Assembly: GCA_964035545.1 (NCBI GenBank)
Contig: OZ037766.1
Span: 1,798,001-1,862,000 of the forward strand
DNA from: Bugula neritina
Lineage: Eukaryota; Animalia; Bryozoa
Reading direction: 5' to 3'
DNA length: 64,000 bases
Position numbers and translations under genes: made by a program. How positions within the stretch are numbered: the first letter of the stretch is position 1; each line of letters begins with the position of its first letter. Shown one piece after another: positions 61,001 through 64,000 of the stretch. Under the pieces are notes generated by a model, which saw nothing but the letters and a program-made list of their open reading frames with translations, did not search any database and was not told the origin of the DNA.

Positions 61001-64000
61001 AATCTATTCAGCACATTATATGTATTGTAGAAATTTATTTAAAAAAGAATTTAGAAAATGCTTCATGAAGCATGAACAAAGTAAAAATTAATGCTGGTGA
61101 AAGTAATATTATTTCACCCATTAGAATTACTAGCAGCTATAGCAATTATGTATTTTTATAAAAATGTGTCTAATTTATGCTATAGAGTTATTACTGCCAA
61201 AGGTTACAAAATTTACCAGTCACATTCATGCAGCTGATGGAGAATAACTAACCTTCACATGCAATAAATACAATTAGTAGCTCAATCTAAAACTAATGCG
61301 CTACTAAATATTAGGAGTATAAGTTATAGTTATTCTAAGGAATAATTGCAAAAAAGTTACTTAGAGGAATTTAACTCTTATTATAATGTAATTATTTTCC
61401 AAGATATATTACAACATCACTACTTGGATGCATGCAATGTCATAGTTATATTGGCATCAATATAATTTTCAATAATTTCCAATCTATTAACTTGAGCATT
61501 ATGATAGTGATTATTTTACAAATAAGGCGATGATTAGGCACTGTTGGTATTTTGGTTCAATTTATTAATAGCTGTAACAGGCAGAGTTGTAAATATAATG
61601 GATTTATCAAAATTCCAATGGGTATAGTACTCTAACACAACATTGATACTAATAATTGTAGTCACTTACTCTTAGAGTTAGTGAATAATGATACAGTCAT
61701 AACAATCTGAATATCAATCAGCATTAGAGATAGACTGACTGCTTTATATTATAGTAATTATGTCATATTGAATTTATTCACTATAACTATAAAAATTATG
61801 ATTATAATTATAAATTAAAATAATTTAAATATTATATAATATATTGGTAATTATTGGAATCATATTTATTGTTATGACCATTATGATTATAATTATTTAA
61901 TATTATCTTTATGTTTGTATTTAAAGTTGTTCATTAAATTTAAAGTTGTTTGAGTTTTATAAATTTATTATAATTATATTACTGTAAAAGTATTGCTATT
62001 ACTATTAGTATTAGTATAATTAAATTATTATAATTTATTATTTATATTTATTTCATTTTTTATTTTAAGACCAGCAGTTCAAATTAATACTTGTTTCGTT
62101 TGCTTTATACTATAACTTACAAGTATAACTATCAACATAATAATATTACATTTGCTATTAATATTACTATGAATATAAATATTTATACTAATATTGCTAT
62201 CGATATAACTTATACTTATAGTTATAACTAATATTATAAGTATTACTATTAGTATTAGTTTCGAAACTGATCCTGCTCCGTAACATACTGATATTGTCAA
62301 ATGTCATATGATTATCATTATGATTATTAATAGTATTAATAAATATAACCATTGAATATTATTAATAATACTAATAGTTCACCAATAGGCGATAGTCATA
62401 GACTGAGTGAGAGTCATAGACATAGTGATATTCATAGTCATACTCATACTGATACTGTGATTCACTGATTCAGTTACAAATTTTAAAACTTGATTTTACG
62501 TAGACAACTACTAACCTATAATTCATCACAAAACGGTTGAAAATCATCATTTACTGCATATTTAAAAGTAATTTTCTGGTAGTGTGGTCGACGTGATAAT
62601 TGAAATTAAAATAGGGAAGATAATTATTTTGTGATTTACAGCAAGTTACAAACCAGCGAAATGGAATAGTCCATTTGAAAACAGTCAAATTAGTTACCTT
62701 TCTTGATGTTGCGTAGCTAACGTTAGTTATTAGTAGCCACCCGAAGAGTAACATTCATGTGATTTGAGCTACGAATGACGAGAATCTGAGACAAACCCGC
62801 CTTTAATAACTTTACGCGATATAAACTCACGCTACAATAGGGCTATTTTGCCATCCCCACGTCAGAATAGGACACGGAGGGCAAGCTCGCGGGCAAGTCT
62901 GGGCAAGTCTAAGACACCTAATGTGACCACTTTTACTTGCATTTTTGTAGTATTTTCGTATAAGAAATTGGATGAAATGCTGATAAAACAGTTGAAAAGC
63001 ATGCAAACTTGTGCTCAAATGTAATAAATAATCTGGATGCTTACGGCCTTTAAAACTTTCCTAATATTCATAGATTCTTTAAATAGCAAACTCATACCAG
63101 GCAAGTTGATGTTTAGAAAACGCATGTTGTTATTGTGATGACAACTCCTGCACAATGCATACTGTAAATATTTAGCATCGACTTTGCTTATAAAAGTATG
63201 TATAGTGTAGTATATAGTATACAGTATAATATTATATTATACTGTATACTATACTGTATTGTACAATATAGTACTATACTGTATAGTGTATACTATAAAG
63301 TATACTATATAGTATACTTTATAGTATACTGTACTATATACAGTATACATTATAGTACAATATATTATACTCTCTACTATACAATACTGTGTAAAATACA
63401 GTATAGTATACAACATACAGTATACAGCATGCTATACTGTGTACTGTATAGTATATACAATACAGTACATTATATTATATAGTTACATTACATATAATAT
63501 AGTGCGCCATGTTTCATATTGTAGGGATAACTCCAACAGATGTAGATGTTGTGGAGCTTCATGATTGCTTCTCGACTAATGAACTGATAACTTATGAGGC
63601 ACTCGGGCTATGCCAGCCAGGTTAGTATTCTCAGCCACTGATTGGCTGTTCACTCTCCATACATCTTGCTGATTGGCTGTTTAGTCATACAGCTTGTTGA
63701 TTGGCTGGTTGTTATAACATACTATTGTCTGAGTTGAGAACATTTTTATTCACTTGGCAGGTGAAGGCGGGGCTATGGTAGACAGAGGAGACAACACTTA
63801 TGGTGGAAAGTATGTAGTGAATCCTAGCGGTGGACTCGAGTCTAAAGGTCATCCTCTTGGAGCTACAGGTAAGTCGGGCTGCATCAATACCCCCCTCCTT
63901 TATTCTATTATCTAGCTTCAGAGTACTGGTTATATCGACTGAACTTGTTAACACAGGACTGGCCCAGTGTGCTGAACTCACCTGGCAGTTGCGGGGAGAG
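55051..64000 (+). CDS. SCP2: Sterol carrier protein X (SCPx) thiolase, 3' end runs off the window
   Basis: [16 protein letters not shown]|FDKPG; [11 protein letters not shown]; NNACSSG catalytic Cys; GFEKM; QMFGNAG; LTKLQC; VELHDCF; [16 protein letters not shown]. At least 11 exons; long intron ~57672-63525. Confidence 0.95.
63197..63502. repeat. Low-complexity TATAC/GTATA repeat next to a splice acceptor
   Basis: Direct reading. Confidence 0.8.

Overview
AT-rich, intron-rich animal (invertebrate) genomic DNA; the species cannot be named from the sequence alone. Host genes in order: a C22orf39/UPF0545-like gene, two tandem M14A metallocarboxypeptidase paralogs, a SAXO (FAM154)-like axonemal gene, a minus-strand SEC14/spectrin-repeat (SESTD1-like) gene with two ZDHHC palmitoyltransferase genes nested antisense in one intron, and the 5' part of an SCPx thiolase gene. 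The last intron of the second carboxypeptidase holds two young, nested BEL/Pao LTR retrotransposons with intact TSDs. Most striking result: neither element has a tRNA-type (TGG...) primer-binding site. In each, the bases right after the 5' LTR are the exact reverse complement of an exon-exon junction that would form by splicing a GT-AG intron inside the element's own LTR (13 nt in one, 11 nt in the other, unrelated sequences). This suggests splicing-dependent self-priming of reverse transcription. Many intronic minisatellites are also built from splice-site-like sequence. Exon coordinates were read by eye and may be off by a few bases.
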